Below are positions 11,898-24,622 of a stretch of 64,000 nucleotides of DNA, piece after piece. The first letter of the stretch is position 1; each line of letters begins with the position of its first letter. Below the pieces are notes generated by a model. The model saw only the letters and a program-made list of their open reading frames with translations. It did not search any database and was not told the origin of the DNA. The translations under genes were made by a program, and so were the position numbers. Source of the DNA: Octopus sinensis (Eukaryota); NCBI RefSeq assembly GCF_006345805.1, contig NC_043002.1, forward strand, positions 76,508,001-76,572,000, written 5' to 3'.

Positions 11898-12340
11898 TAT
11901 TTCTGCTATAGGCACAAGGCTTGAAACTTTGCTGGGAGCGGTGCTTGTCGATTACATTAGCCCCCAGTAGTCTACTGGTACTTATTTTATCGCCCCGAAA
12001 GAATAAAAGGCAAAGTCAACCTCGGTGGAATTTGAACTCAGAACGTGAGGACGAACGAAACGCTACTAAGCTTTTCGCCCGGCGTGCTGACGATTAGGGC
12101 AGTCTGTCGTCATTATTAACAAATAATCCTTTCTACTATAGGCACAAGGCCTGAAATTTTGGAGGAGAGGGATAGTCGATTACATCGACCCCAGTGTTTC
12201 ACTGGTACTTAATTTATCGACCCCGAAAGGATGAAAGGCAAAGTCGACCTCGACGGGATTTGAATTCAGAACATAACAGCAGACGAAATAGCACTAAGCA
12301 TTTCGCCCGGCGTGCTAACGATTAGGTCAGTCTGTCGTCA
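11898..12340 (-). mobile_element. two tandem SINE family C copies
   Basis: Both end on + in the private head 'cgattag(g/gt)cagtctgtcgtca' and both are preceded by 'attaacaaataat'. Confidence 0.85.
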
Positions 12341-12415
12341 AAATCAAAAAGTAATAAATGGGTAGGTTTTTCAGTAGTAGGGTTGATTAATATTTGGTTA
12401 ATTGTATGATGGTCT

Positions 12416-12580
12416 ACTGACTCTTTCGCCACAACTTTCTCTCACTCTTTTCTCTTGCATCTAGCAGCTCACCTGCGACGGACCGACGTCCCGTCCAGGT
12501 GGGGTAACCTATACGCCAATGAAACCGGGAAAGCGGCCCTTAAGAGCCAGGTATGGCTCGAGTAGGAACAAACAACAAAC
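12416..12580 (+). mobile_element. 3' part of SINE family E
   Basis: Matches the reverse complement of 10045-10200 ('gcatctagcagctcacctgcgacggacc...ggctcgagtaggaacaaac'). Confidence 0.8.
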
Positions 12581-12958
12581 GTTAGCACGCCAGAGGAAAT
12601 GCTTAACGGTATTTCGTCTGTCGTTACGTTGTGAGTTCAAATTCCGCCGAGGTCGACTTTGCGTTTCATCCTTTCGGCGTCGATGAATTAAGTACCAGTT
12701 ACGCACTGGGGTCGATGTAATCGACTTAATACCTATGTCTGTCCTTTCTTGTCCCCTCTATGTTTAGCCCCTTGTGGGTAATAAAGAAATATGTATTTCG
12801 TCTTTCTTTACGTTCTGAGTTCAAATTCCGCTGAGGTCGACTTTGCCTTTCATCCTTTCGGGGTCGATAACTTAAGTATCAGTTGCGTACTGGTGTCGAT
12901 CTAATCGATTGACTCTCTCCCCCAAAATTGCGGGCCTTGTGCCTAGAGTAGAAAAGAA
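12580..12958 (+). mobile_element. SINE family C with two internal tandem units
   Basis: The core 'gaggtcgactttgc...gggtcgat' occurs twice, joined by 'gtctgtcc...tttagccccttgtgggtaataaagaaat'. Confidence 0.85.
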
Positions 12959-14801
12959 TATTTGGTTAATTGTATCCGTTTAATGGTTGTGTAAACATGT
13001 TTATAAACGAACATCAAAGCGCCGAGTGAGTTGGTATTTTAGAAAGTAAGGAAATCTCGAACCCTGAAGAATAACTGTGAAAACAGCTTAGAGGATCAGA
13101 TACTTTACCCAAACCTCTAAGTTGTTTTCAGATCTACTCTTTAGCATTTAAGATTTTCTTCATTTCTAAAATGTTTGTGGATACACATGCCCTAGTGGTT
13201 GGAGCAGCGGACACGCGGACTCGCGGTGCCTTATGTTGTTTAATAAGAACAGTTTATATTATTATAGTATCACACCAATGTATTGATGGACCAGGATCCT
13301 CCGTCGATTTCGACGATGACTAATCAGTTGATCATTCAAATGAACGTCTGACTCGTTAAATGAATATATAATTGGCCGAGTATTCCACGGATACATGTAT
13401 CTTTAATGTAATCTACAAACCGAATTGGGGTTCCAAATCATGTAAGAAAGCTGGACATTCGAATTAGTAGTACAATCTATCCGATTCTCTGATGTACATT
13501 TTCCGCATGTTTGATTTTACTTACGAAGCATGGGTCGACCCAAAGTTATGGTAAAGACATTTACTACCCAAGATGCCACGCCGTGGGAACGAACTCGAGA
13601 CCTCATGGTCGTGAAACGAAATTCTTAACTATGCTACAACGCGAACGTATTAATGTTGATTTCAATCATGTTCGTATAGACATCCACTCTCCTCTCTCAC
13701 CCATATACACACACGAAGACACAGAAACAGACATACACACAAAAACAGACATACACAAACACATGCACACATATACACGCACGTATAACTTTACATACAT
13801 TAAAAAATATAAGGAAAAGACCCTAACGTATCACTTCTATCTCATTTCAATTCAATTTGCTATCAATACATACATACACACATACATATATACGTGCATA
13901 CATGCATACATACATGCATACATACATACACATACAGACACTCAAATACATACATACATATATACATACGTATGTACAATCATACATACATATATGCGTG
14001 CACACATACATACGTATATGTACGTACATATATGCGTACACATATACGCAACTTATATATATATTTACGAGGTACACATTTATACAAATACATGCATAGA
14101 TACATACCTACATATATATATGTGTGTGTATGTGCATGTATGTGTAAGTGTATGTGTGTGTGTGTGTATTTATGTATTTGCACGTATGTGTATATATATT
14201 CCCTAATCCCGTAAAATGCTAAGATCTTTCTGTTCCACATAGCTTATCAACAACACTGTTTTAATTGAACTTCAAAATAAATACCTTCCCACTCAGTTAT
14301 TCTAATTCTATCTTCAATGCAATAAATAAAATTAAAAAAAATAAAAATAAATCTATAAAATACCACCCCCCCCCCCAAAAAAAAAAGAAATAAAAAGAAA
14401 AACAAACAAAGAAAATAAATGTAATAGAATCTTTATCCTACCAAATATGGATACTAATCTCTGTAGAAAACAATATTAAAAATAAGAATGAAAATGGAGA
14501 AAAATACGGCAACAAAAAGTACAGCAACTGAATTACAAATGTCGGTAACAACTAATGAATGTATTTGCATTGTAAAAATTCTTTTCGTATATTTCTTTTT
14601 CTTGTCATATCCATAGTTGCATACATAAATCTTTCACAATCTTTCTAAGCCTGAAAACAAAGACACTTCTTTATAAATACCTAAATGTTATATCCATAGC
14701 TTATAGAGCTCTTAGGCTATAATTACAGAGCGGGTCAGTTAGCACTCGATAGGTAAGTTAGTATTCACATGCATACGCACCCATACGCAAGAGATATATA
14801 T

Positions 14802-14861
<60 letters not shown>

Positions 14862-14887
14862 TATCTATATATCTATATATATCTTCA

Positions 14888-14969
<82 letters not shown>

Positions 14970-14974
14970 ATATC

Positions 14975-15049
<75 letters not shown>

Positions 15050-15086
15050 CATATCTATATTTTCTTCATATCTATCTATCTATCTA

Positions 15087-15126
<40 letters not shown>

Positions 15127-15135
15127 ATATATATG

Positions 15136-15194
<59 letters not shown>

Positions 15195-15650
15195 TATATA
15201 TATATATATTTACAACACACCACCAACACACCACACACACCACATACATATGTATATATAATACATAGAGGATTGAATATCTAATGAGAAGTAAATGCGC
15301 AAGAGAGGGGGAAAAAATTCCCGATATTAATCACGATATTAAATCAATTATTATTTTCGCTTTGCAAAGAAGTACTGATCTGATAAAGTCGGTCAACAGC
15401 AGAATAAATGCCGAGCTGTGTTTTAAGTACACATCCTTTGGTTCCGATTTCGAGTTCCGCTGATATTATCTTCATTTTTGTGCTGTTGGTTAGACGTAGT
15501 TACTATCAGTGGGGCCTAATATTATCGCCCGAATATAAGATTTTTGTGGTCAGATATTCACGTTCATATTTGTCTGACCATATTAAGAACGAATAGATCG
15601 GCGCAGGCGTGGCTATGTCGCAAGAAATTTGCTTCCGGGTTCAGTCACAC

Positions 15651-15858
15651 TTTTACTCTTTTACTTGTTTCGGTCATTTGAGTGTGGCCATGCTGAAGCA
15701 CCGCCTTTAGTCGAGCAAATCAACCCCAGGACTTATACTTTGTAAGCCTAGTACTTATGCTATCGGTCTCTTTTGCCGAACCGCTAAGTTACGGGGACGT
15801 AAACACACCACCATCGGTTGTCAAGTGATGTTGGGGGAAAAACACAGACACACAAACG

Positions 15859-15894
<36 letters not shown>

Positions 15895-16063
15895 ATACAT
15901 ATATATATATATATATATTTGTAAAAAATGAAGTTCGAAAATGCTGCTAAAAATTGTATAATATAGCAGCATTTTCGAACTTCATTTTTTACAAATATAT
16001 ACCTACTCGTATACGAGCTAATCCTATTATAAATATATATATTATATATATATATATATATAG

Positions 16064-16099
<36 letters not shown>

Positions 16100-16266
16100 C
16101 ATATATACGATGGGCTTCTTCAGTTTCCGTCTACTAAATCCACTCACAAGGCTTTGGTTGGCCCGAAGCTATAGTAGAAGACACTTGCTCAAGGTGTTAC
16201 GCAGTGGGCCTGAACTAGGAACCATGTGATTGGGAAGCAAGCTTCTTACCATACAGCCATTCCTGC
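15651..16266 (-). mobile_element. SINE family A copy interrupted by a hairpin insert
   Basis: 3' half at 15651-15900 and head at 16105-16266, with a TA tract containing a perfect inverted repeat between them. Confidence 0.85.
15918..15995. repeat. perfect 32-bp inverted repeat with 14-nt loop, TA-flanked
   Basis: 'tttgtaaaaaatgaagttcgaaaatgctgcta' / 'tagcagcattttcgaacttcattttttacaaa'. Confidence 0.9.
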
Positions 16267-16620
16267 TATTTAAAACTTAGAACATTAAAAAATTAATGTG
16301 AAATTATTATGAAGGCTTTGATATAAAAAAATAATAATACAGTTATTAGTAGAAGTGCGGGGAAATAGCTCCCCCACAAAAATTCCTGGTTATTTATTTT
16401 TGTCCTTTTACCCAGAAAGTATGGGAGACATCTCCAGAGGTGTTCTGTTTTTATCATGACGTCGTCAGTTAAGATTAATCTTCATCGCATTTATTCATCA
16501 AAATTTATCGAGGGTGATTTTGCCATTCATTCTTCTGTGGTTGTTTTAATTAGTTATACTTTTAGACAAAGTGTTTAGTGTGTGTGCCACTACTTGATGA
16601 TGATGATGATGATGATGATG

Positions 16621-17240
16621 GTGGTGAGGATAGTCTTTCGTAGTCCGGGAAAGACGGTTCTGTAATTCCTGGCTGGACCAGCTGCTACGATGTGTTCCCG
16701 AATAAACACATAATCTCACGTTACTCTGCCGGATTAGCCAGAAGTGGAAATCAAATATCGTTTTCATGGAGGTCTCTTCAATCTGGCGAAGTTTCGGAGA
16801 AAGACTCACTCTAGGTGGGTCATGCTAAGCCAGGTGGGCCTTACTAAGCACTTGAGGGCCCAACATGTCCGACGTGTGGCATAAATGATTTGTTTATAGT
16901 GATCGAATGTTTATGTTGTGCATTAATTCACTCTTCCCATGAAATCGACTTTGCCTGAACAGAGGCAAGGTGTGCCACACGTCGGACAAGTTGGGCCCTC
17001 AAGTGTTTAGTAAGGTGCCCCTGGCTTAGCATGAGCCACCTAGAGCGAGCCTTTGTCCGAAACCTCGCCAGATTGAAGAGTCCTGCATAAAAACGATATT
17101 TGATTTCCTCTTGTGTCTAATCCGGCAGAGTAACGTGAGATTACGTGTTTTACTCAAGAACACAGCGTACCACCTGGTCCAGCCAGGATTTGAAACCACG
17201 ATCCCTCGATCGGGAGTGCAACACCCTACTACTACGCCAC
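16621..17240. mobile_element. two family-B-like SINEs tail-to-tail forming a ~210-bp inverted repeat
   Basis: Arms 16668-16881 and 16973-17187 are diverged reverse complements. The minus copy has a tRNA-like head 'gtggcgtagtagtagggtgttgcactc...ggtttcaaatcc'. Confidence 0.8.
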
Positions 17241-17688
17241 TACTTACAGTTCTGTTTATTACATACACTGTTGACTAAAAATCTAGAGATATATTTTGTA
17301 GTACTGCATAACATTAAAACAAGTCGCTATTAGCGTAGTTTTTAGTAATTGAGCCAAGCTGTCAAGCATGCGTGTCATATTCAAACTGTTCTATATACGT
17401 AAGCCTTTAGTAATAATGTGCCTTGACATCTTGGGTAAATGTCATTTCTTATTGCCTCGAATTGGCCCATATCTTGTGACTGAAATTTGGTAAATTGTAC
17501 TTGTAATTCAAAAGCACTGTAACACGCTGTTGCTTCTGGCTGACACTATAGAAAAAATGGCATTTGTCCAAGTTATTTCTGCAGGTTTTCTTTAGAAATT
17601 ATAGCTAGTACTGAAAGTTACGACGTTTCATATAAGAAAACGTCTATGTAAACAAAGCGATCGAAGATAGAAAATTATGTAGTGGATG

Positions 17689-18561
17689 TACGTAGTTTGA
17701 TCAATAAGTATCCGAACTGTTGCCGTAGTAACGAAGCTAAAAAATGCAGCGTAAAGCCGCTCGGCACAGATTGACCTCGAACTCTGTTGTGCATGCGCAC
17801 TAGGTTTTAACTTTCTAGCTCACTTCCGCTGTTTACAGCAATGCTTGGAAGAAAGGTGTATAGCGTGTGATCGTCACATTGACCATGACAGAGAAAGTTG
17901 AGCAGAGAATCTGCATGAAATTTTGCCAAAAGCTTGGCGATACCTGCTCAGAGGCCAACGCAAAGTTTTCAAAAAGTTTTCATCGTTCTCGACACACTCA
18001 AGGAAATCTTGTGCAAATGAAATCGGAGTGTCTTTTCGGTCAGCTGAAAGCAGCTTTGGCTTAAACTTGGCAGACACACGTCTCATACCCAAATCTTCGG
18101 TGATAATGGACTGTACTGAACCGTAACTAATCTGTACATACTCTGATAACTCACGGAAGGTGATTCGACGTTTTCCCCTCACAGCTGCACGTACACCTGC
18201 GATGTTTTTCTCAGTTCTTCTAGTTGCGGGTCTCCCAGAACGTTCGTCCCAGAACGGCCATCTTGGAAACGTCTGAACCACTCGTACACTTGTGTGCTCG
18301 GTTCATACACTCCTCTCCATACACTTTCTGCAACTTTGCATAGGCCTCTGAACAGGTATCGCCATGACACCTTTCTCTGCCATGGTCAATGCGACGATTA
18401 CACGTTTGCAAATCTTCCTTCTAAGCACTGCTGTAAACAGCGGAAGTGATCTAGAACGTTAAAACAGAGTTCGAGTTCAGTCTTTGCCAAGCGGCTTTAC
18501 TGTGCGTGCTTTAGCTTCGTTACTATGGCAGCAGTCGGGTACTTATTGGTGAGACCTTGTA
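17689..18561. mobile_element. non-autonomous mariner derivative with two 5' ends (fold-back)
   Basis: TA-flanked TIRs 'tacgtagtttgatcaataagtatccg' / 'cgggtacttattggtgagaccttgta'. Transposase N-terminus on + (MTEKVEQRICMKFCQKLGDTCSEA) and a longer inverted copy on - (ERSGRPAT...ITFRELSEYVQISYGSVQSIITEDLGMRRVSAKFKPKLLS). Confidence 0.85.
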
Positions 18562-18671
18562 TGTGCATATTTCAGGAATTCTTGCTCCTTCCTCAGTAGC
18601 TCATTCAACCCATTAACCATCCACGGACACGTTGCTTAAACAGCTACCAAATATTGAATATAGTAATCTTA

Positions 18672-19330
18672 CATAATCCTTTCTACTGGAAGCACAGGGC
18701 TTCAAATTTTGGGGGAAGGGATTAAGTCGATTATATCGATCCCAGTGCGTAACTGGTACTTATTTGATCGACCCCGAAAGGATGAAGGGCAAAGTCGACC
18801 TCGGCGGAATTTGAACTCAGAACGTAGCGGCAGACGAAATACCTATTTGCTTACTACCCACAAGGGGCTAAACACAGAGAGGACAAACAAGGGCAGACAA
18901 ACGGATTAAGTTGATTACATCGACTCCAGTGCGTAAGTGGTACTTAATTTATCGACCCTGAAAGGATGAAAGGCAAAGTCAACTTCAGCGGAATTTGAAC
19001 TCAGAACGTAACGGCAGACGAAATACGGCTACGCATTTCGCCCGGCGTGCTAACGTTTCTGCCAGCTCGCCGCCTTGTCTATGCATATATTAATTTCTTT
19101 ATTGCTCACAAGGGGATGGAGCTAAATATAGAGGGGACAAGCAAGGACAAACAAAGGGATTAAGTCGATTACATCGACCATAGTGCGAAAGTGGTACTTA
19201 TTTAATCGACCCCGAAAGGATGAAAGGCAAAGTCGACCTTGGTAGAATTTGAACTCAGAACATAGCGGCAGACGAAATACCGCTAAGCATTTCGCTTGGC
19301 GTGCTAACGATTCTGCCAGCTCGCTGCCTT
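18672..19330 (-). mobile_element. SINE family C multimers (two adjacent elements)
   Basis: Repeated 'cgaccccgaaaggatgaaaggcaaagtcgacctcggcggaatttgaactcagaacg' units. Confidence 0.85.
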
Positions 19331-19589
19331 ATAGCAATCTCACATAATATATACATTCTTGGCAACTGTTACGAATGTATTAATTCCTGGTAGGGACAAT
19401 GTATTTAGTTATGCAATCATAAATAAACTACCAAGTATGTTAAAAGCTTATAACTCAATATGTCTGGTCCCACCTGTGTTGTGCAGTATTGACTTGTAAG
19501 CCTTTAATAATACACTTGGTAACATATGGCTGCATATCGAAATACGGTGTCCCTAGCAGCAATTAATATTTGCCCAAGTTTGAGGCAGT

Positions 19590-20195
19590 GAGACGGTAGA
19601 ATCGTTTGCACGCCGAGAAAAATGCTTGGCAGCATTTCGCCCGTTTTTGCGTTCTGAGTTCAAATTCAGCCGAGGCCGACTTTGCCGTTCATCTTTTCGG
19701 AGGTTAACAAAATAAGTACCAGTTGAATACTGGGCTCGATGTAATCAACTTACTCCTCTCCCTCAGAATTACTGGTCTCGTGCCAAAATTTGTAAGTAAT
19801 AATTAAGGCGGTGAGCTGGCAGAATGGTTAGCACGTCGGGCAGAGTGCCTACCAGCATTTCGTTCGTCTTTACGTTCTGAGCTCAAATTCAGCTGAAGCC
19901 GACTTTTTCTTTCAACCTTTCGGTGTCGATGAAATAAGTACCAGTTGAATGCTGGGGTCGATAAAAACGGCTTACCCATCTCCATCCAGAAATTGCTGGC
20001 CTTGTGCCAAAATCTGAAAATAACTACCAGTTGAATATTGGCATCGATGTAAATGGCTTACTCATTCCCATCCAGGAATTGCTGGCCTTGTGCCAAAATC
20101 AGAAAGTAAGTACCAGTTGAATACTGGAGTCGATGTAACCGACTTACCCATTTCCATCCAGAAATTGCAAGCCTTACGCTAAAATCTGAAATCAA
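19590..20195 (+). mobile_element. two SINE family C copies, the second with a triplicated ~88-bp 3' tail
   Basis: Three tandem 'accagttgaat...cttacccat..ccatccagaaattgctggccttgtgccaaaatc' units at 19940-20195. Confidence 0.8.
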
Positions 20196-20587
20196 TATTT
20201 GCCGAAGATGCACCGCAGTGATATTGAACCCAAGATTTGTGGTTACCAAGCGAACTTCTTACCCATTTGGCTATGCTGCGCCTACACGGTAATACTATCA
20301 TGTATATAACATAGCAGTTGTTGGAGAGCAATTTGTTAGTTGGCTGCCAGAGACGGGGGTGCTTTGCTGGTAAATTTAGTTGCTTCAACTCAGTGAGTTT
20401 AGGTTAGCCGGTCGGCTGGTGGGCTACTTTGCTGATCGGCGAACCGGTTGGATGGTTGAGTTGGATGACTGGTCGGTCGGTAGGTCATGTTCGGTGATAT
20501 ATGTGTGTCATTTCTCGTTTGAAAGCCTACATTTTTAAATGACGATAAACGTCCATGAATGATACTAATCCTTCTTCACCCACCACA

Positions 20588-20637
<50 letters not shown>

Positions 20638-20799
20638 ACACACAGAGAGACACACACACACACACACATACACACACACACACATTCACACACACACACA
20701 CACTTACACGTACGTACTCACACTCACACAAACACACGCAGGCACGCACACACAGACACACAGACACATACACACACACACACACACGTGTGTGTGTCT

Positions 20800-21640
20800 C
20801 CACAGCTTTATCACCAGCACCACCGGCACCAGCAGTGGCACCAACTGCAGCACTGGCACCAGCAATGGTACCAACTGCAGCACCAGCAACATTACCAACA
20901 GCATCAGCATCACTACCACCGCCATCACTTTCATAACCACCACCACTACCATCGTTATCGTCGTCATCATCAACACCGCCGCCGCCACCACCACCACCAC
21001 CAATACCATTGTCATCGTCGTCATCACCACGACCACCGCCACCGCCACCACCGCCACCGCCACCACCGCCACCGCCACCACCGCCACCGCCACCACCGCC
21101 ACCGCCACCACCGCCACCGCCACCACCGCCACCGCCACCACCGCCACCGCCACCGCCGCCACCGCCACCGCCGCCACCGCCACCGCCACCGCCACCACCG
21201 CCACCGCCACCACCGCCACCGCCACCACCGCCACCGCCACCACCGCCACCGCCACCGCCACCACCGCCACCGCCACCACCGCCACCGCCACCGCCGCCAC
21301 CGACGACGACAACGATGACGACGGCGATGATGAAAACGCCGCTACCGCCACCACCACTACCACCACTATCATCATCGTCGTTGTCGCGGTCGTCATCCTT
21401 CTTTTCCATCTGGTCGTTGTCGTCGTCGCCTTTCTCCTCCTCCTCCTCCTCCTCCCTTTCCCCCCTCCTCCTTATCATTAAAGTCGACATCACCGTTCTT
21501 GTCAATGTGACCACCACCACCACCACCACCACCACAGCCATTGACATCGTTGTAGTCACCATCATCTTCCTCCTCCTCCTCCTCCTCCTCTCCCCATCAA
21601 CAATGACGTCATCATCATTGTTGCGCCCCCACCCCCGCAA
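20800..21640. repeat. GC-rich (CAC/CCG) low-complexity block including a 15-bp higher-order unit (accaccgccaccgcc)n
   Basis: Directly visible; generates stop-free ORFs in most frames. Confidence 0.9.
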
Positions 21641-21917
21641 TAGAAATTCAACGACGCAGTTCAGATTATGTTGAAGTGGCAGAATGGTTTCAACTCGAAG
21701 AAATGGTTCGAGATTTTAAACTTCCGCTGAGAACTTGGCCACGAGGTCTGTCGTCTGTGCCCCAGGCAAGTTTTTGGTAAAGGAGCAATTTGCATTCCAT
21801 CCAGGAAATGGTTCCACGTTGAAAACGCTGTTCCTGTGGAAACCAATACCTCCTCCTCTCCTCCTCCAGCAAACGCACCACCACCACCACCATATATATA
21901 TATATATATATAATATA

Positions 21918-21962
<45 letters not shown>

Positions 21963-22167
21963 TATATATTATTATATATATAATCAGGTCATTAAGACTG
22001 AAATATTCGATTTTCTTATGAACCAATTTGACTGTCATTAACTCTAATGTTTTAACCTGACAATGTTTTCCAACTTTGAAGAGTTACATCACTTTTCGAA
22101 ATGCAGTTCATGTTGTCTGATTATATTGTGATTATATTTTCTCTAATATTTCAATTTCTGTGAACCC

Positions 22168-22285
22168 ATGGTCAGATTAAAAATTCGTATTGTTTATGAA
22201 TATGAGTCCCGTCGTGGAACCAATGCATCCCAGACAGCTCGAAATATCAATTAGGTGTTTGGTGAATATGAGGCGAATGAGTGCA
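22168..22285 (+). pseudogene. mariner transposase N-terminal relic
   Basis: Translates MVRLKIRIVYEYESRRGTNASQTARNIN*VFGEYEANEC, resembling the mariner helix-turn-helix start '(I/F)xYEFRRGTNAxQTARNINxVFG', with an in-frame stop. Confidence 0.7.
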
Positions 22286-22966
22286 TGCAAGAGGTGTTTT
22301 GTATTTCCAGTTTCCCACCTGATAATGTTTGAACATGGAGAAATATTACTGTACTTGTAGAAAGTTGAGGGTTGGCGACATCCGGCCGTACGACACCTGT
22401 GTGATCCATGTGAGAATGGAAAAATGGATGTTTCATATATTACGCGGACGATAATATTCTTAATGATATGTAGGGAGACCATATTTCGTTAGGCAGCCCT
22501 AATATACTTCAAAGTATACTAAACGGTTTTATAAATCAATTCTGTGTTCTACAGTGTTAGCAATGCTCTCACATCAGTTGTTAAGATTACTTCTACAGAT
22601 TTTCTATTTAAATTATAACCAGCACTAGTTTTGTTACGACATTTCGTACCGGAGAGATCTGATGAAAACAACAAGAATGAGATCAAAAAAAGAAAAGTGG
22701 GTAATGAGTGTGTATGCCATATTCCAGGGGCTTTTTCTCCTTCATCAGCACTCATCCGATCTATTAATCATCCACGAACTCATTGCTTCAATAACCCTTA
22801 AATATAGCGGTGTAAGCCATATTTGATTTTTGAAATACTACAATTCGGTGTATGTACATATATTTACTCGATTGCTGACATTTATCAATGGCTTTTGCCC
22901 CATTGTTTTGATGCACTATTTTCTATCAATTATAAAACTTTCTACATTTTTGACGAGACGGGTATG

Positions 22967-23031
<65 letters not shown>

Positions 23032-23369
23032 TGTGTATAAACTCTATACTTGGAATGACCAATTTTAAATATTATTGGATTTTACCCATAAGGTATTGGA
23101 ATCTTATATGTATACCATTCTGCTTAAATAATGGATCTACAAATACAATATCCCTGCATATCTCACATCTATTTTCATTCCTCCACTTCACTCTCTATTT
23201 CGTATCTCATCTAAATTAACTATTGCTTAACCATTTTCTCACACCGTCTCCGATGAAAGGATATAACAAAATATCTGTAAGATCTATTTATAAATGTGCT
23301 ATAATCTACACAGCCTTGTTTTTTTTTTATCTCATTACGGGAAAAAATTATATATATATGTATATATAG

Positions 23370-24582
23370 TAGTAGTAACAGAAAAGAGGAATTTCGGTTG
23401 TCCCCACGTGGTGGATTGTAATGTATATAAGAAAAATAAAAACGGAAAATACGCACACTTACATGGTTATAGTATAATTTTTAATGTATCGACCGGTTTC
23501 GCAATCGCTATTCATGATACAATGTTTAATTTATATGAAAATATATTTTTTCTTAAGAAGAAAATGGGTCCATGTTGTTTATAATGAGATTCACGAGTGA
23601 ATGATTTTACAAGTTGACAAGTAAAAGGAGGTAATTGGTTGTTATTATTGTTATTGTTGTCTGTAAGGGAGATAACTGTTTAGGTTTTGGGTGGGGAAAA
23701 ATATGTGTACAGAAAGGAGACAGGTTTAAAAAAAAGGGGGCCTTGTTTAGTAGGGGATTTATGTACAGTGATGTAATATGTAAAAATATATTAAAAAATT
23801 GGTTATGCGTGCTTATTCAGACGCGTTTTGTATTTTTCAATGAAAAAAGTTTCTTTATTTAAGCGTTCTAGTTGAGAGATTGTGTCTTTGCACTGGTAGA
23901 AAGGGAAGACTGTAAAATTTGGTTTGATGTTACCTGCACATTTTCTATGTGTTCACTAAGAGCGATTTGTCTGTGTTGCGGGAAACGGATTTGCTCCTTA
24001 TGCAGAGTAATTCTCTTCCTCAAAATTAAACTCGTTTGTCCAATGTACTGATGACTGCAACCCGAGCAGGTCATTACATAAATTAGGTTCTAAGAGGCAC
24101 AGGTGAAACTAGTTTTAATTGTGAACCTCTGTCCTTGTTTGAAAAGGAAGTCCGAGCCTTCAAGCAGGTGGGGGCAGGTTCCACAGTTCGGGCGTCCACA
24201 TTTTTTAACCGTTGGTTTCGTGGTTGTTTTGTAAAGCTTTGCATTTGTTAGTAGTCTCTTTAGCGATTTGTCTTGTTTTTTGCATTTGATGAGTTTGTGT
24301 GTTTTCAGGATGTCGTTCATTTTTGGATCTATAGTTAGTAAAGGGAGAGTTTGCACAATAGTGTTGAATGCCTCACTGTTTCTGGGGTTGTGTGTTGATA
24401 TAAAAAGTAATGTTTTGGTTTGAGGTGTGGTGCTATGTTTTTTGTTCTTAGTGTTTTTGTGTCTAATTGTTTGGCACGTTTAATTCCCTCGTCGATAAGA
24501 GAGGGTGGATATTGTCTTTCAATAAGTGTTGTTTTGAGGTCTTGACGACAAAGGTCCCGAGTTGTTCTATCAGACACTATTT
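23370..24582 (-). mobile_element. 5'-truncated Penelope-like retroelement (RT C-terminus/linker plus GIY-YIG endonuclease), pseudogenised
   Basis: Frameshifted pieces IVSDRTTR..LIERQYPPSLIDEGIKRA, the KCGRPNCGTCPH linker, NLIYVMTCSGCSHQYIGQT...RITLHK (GIY-YIG) and LERLNKETFFIEKYKTRLN. In-frame TAG before NLIY. Flanked by (TA)n. Confidence 0.9.
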
Positions 24583-24584
24583 CA

Positions 24585-24618
<34 letters not shown>

Positions 24619-24622
<4 letters not shown>

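Noticed and set aside
13080-13128. Imperfect 16-bp hairpin 'gaaaacagcttagagg...cctctaagttgttttc'
   Set aside because: Short, single occurrence and no TSD; could be chance or an unresolvable MITE remnant.
20555-21674. Long ORFs (up to 354 aa) rich in Thr/Ala, Gly, Pro or His
   Set aside because: Open in nearly all frames on both strands because (CAC/CCG)n lacks stop codons; no splice or domain evidence.
24075-24095. In-frame stop in the PLE ORF as possible selenocysteine recoding
   Set aside because: The stop is TAG, not TGA, and the element carries other frameshifts; ordinary decay.
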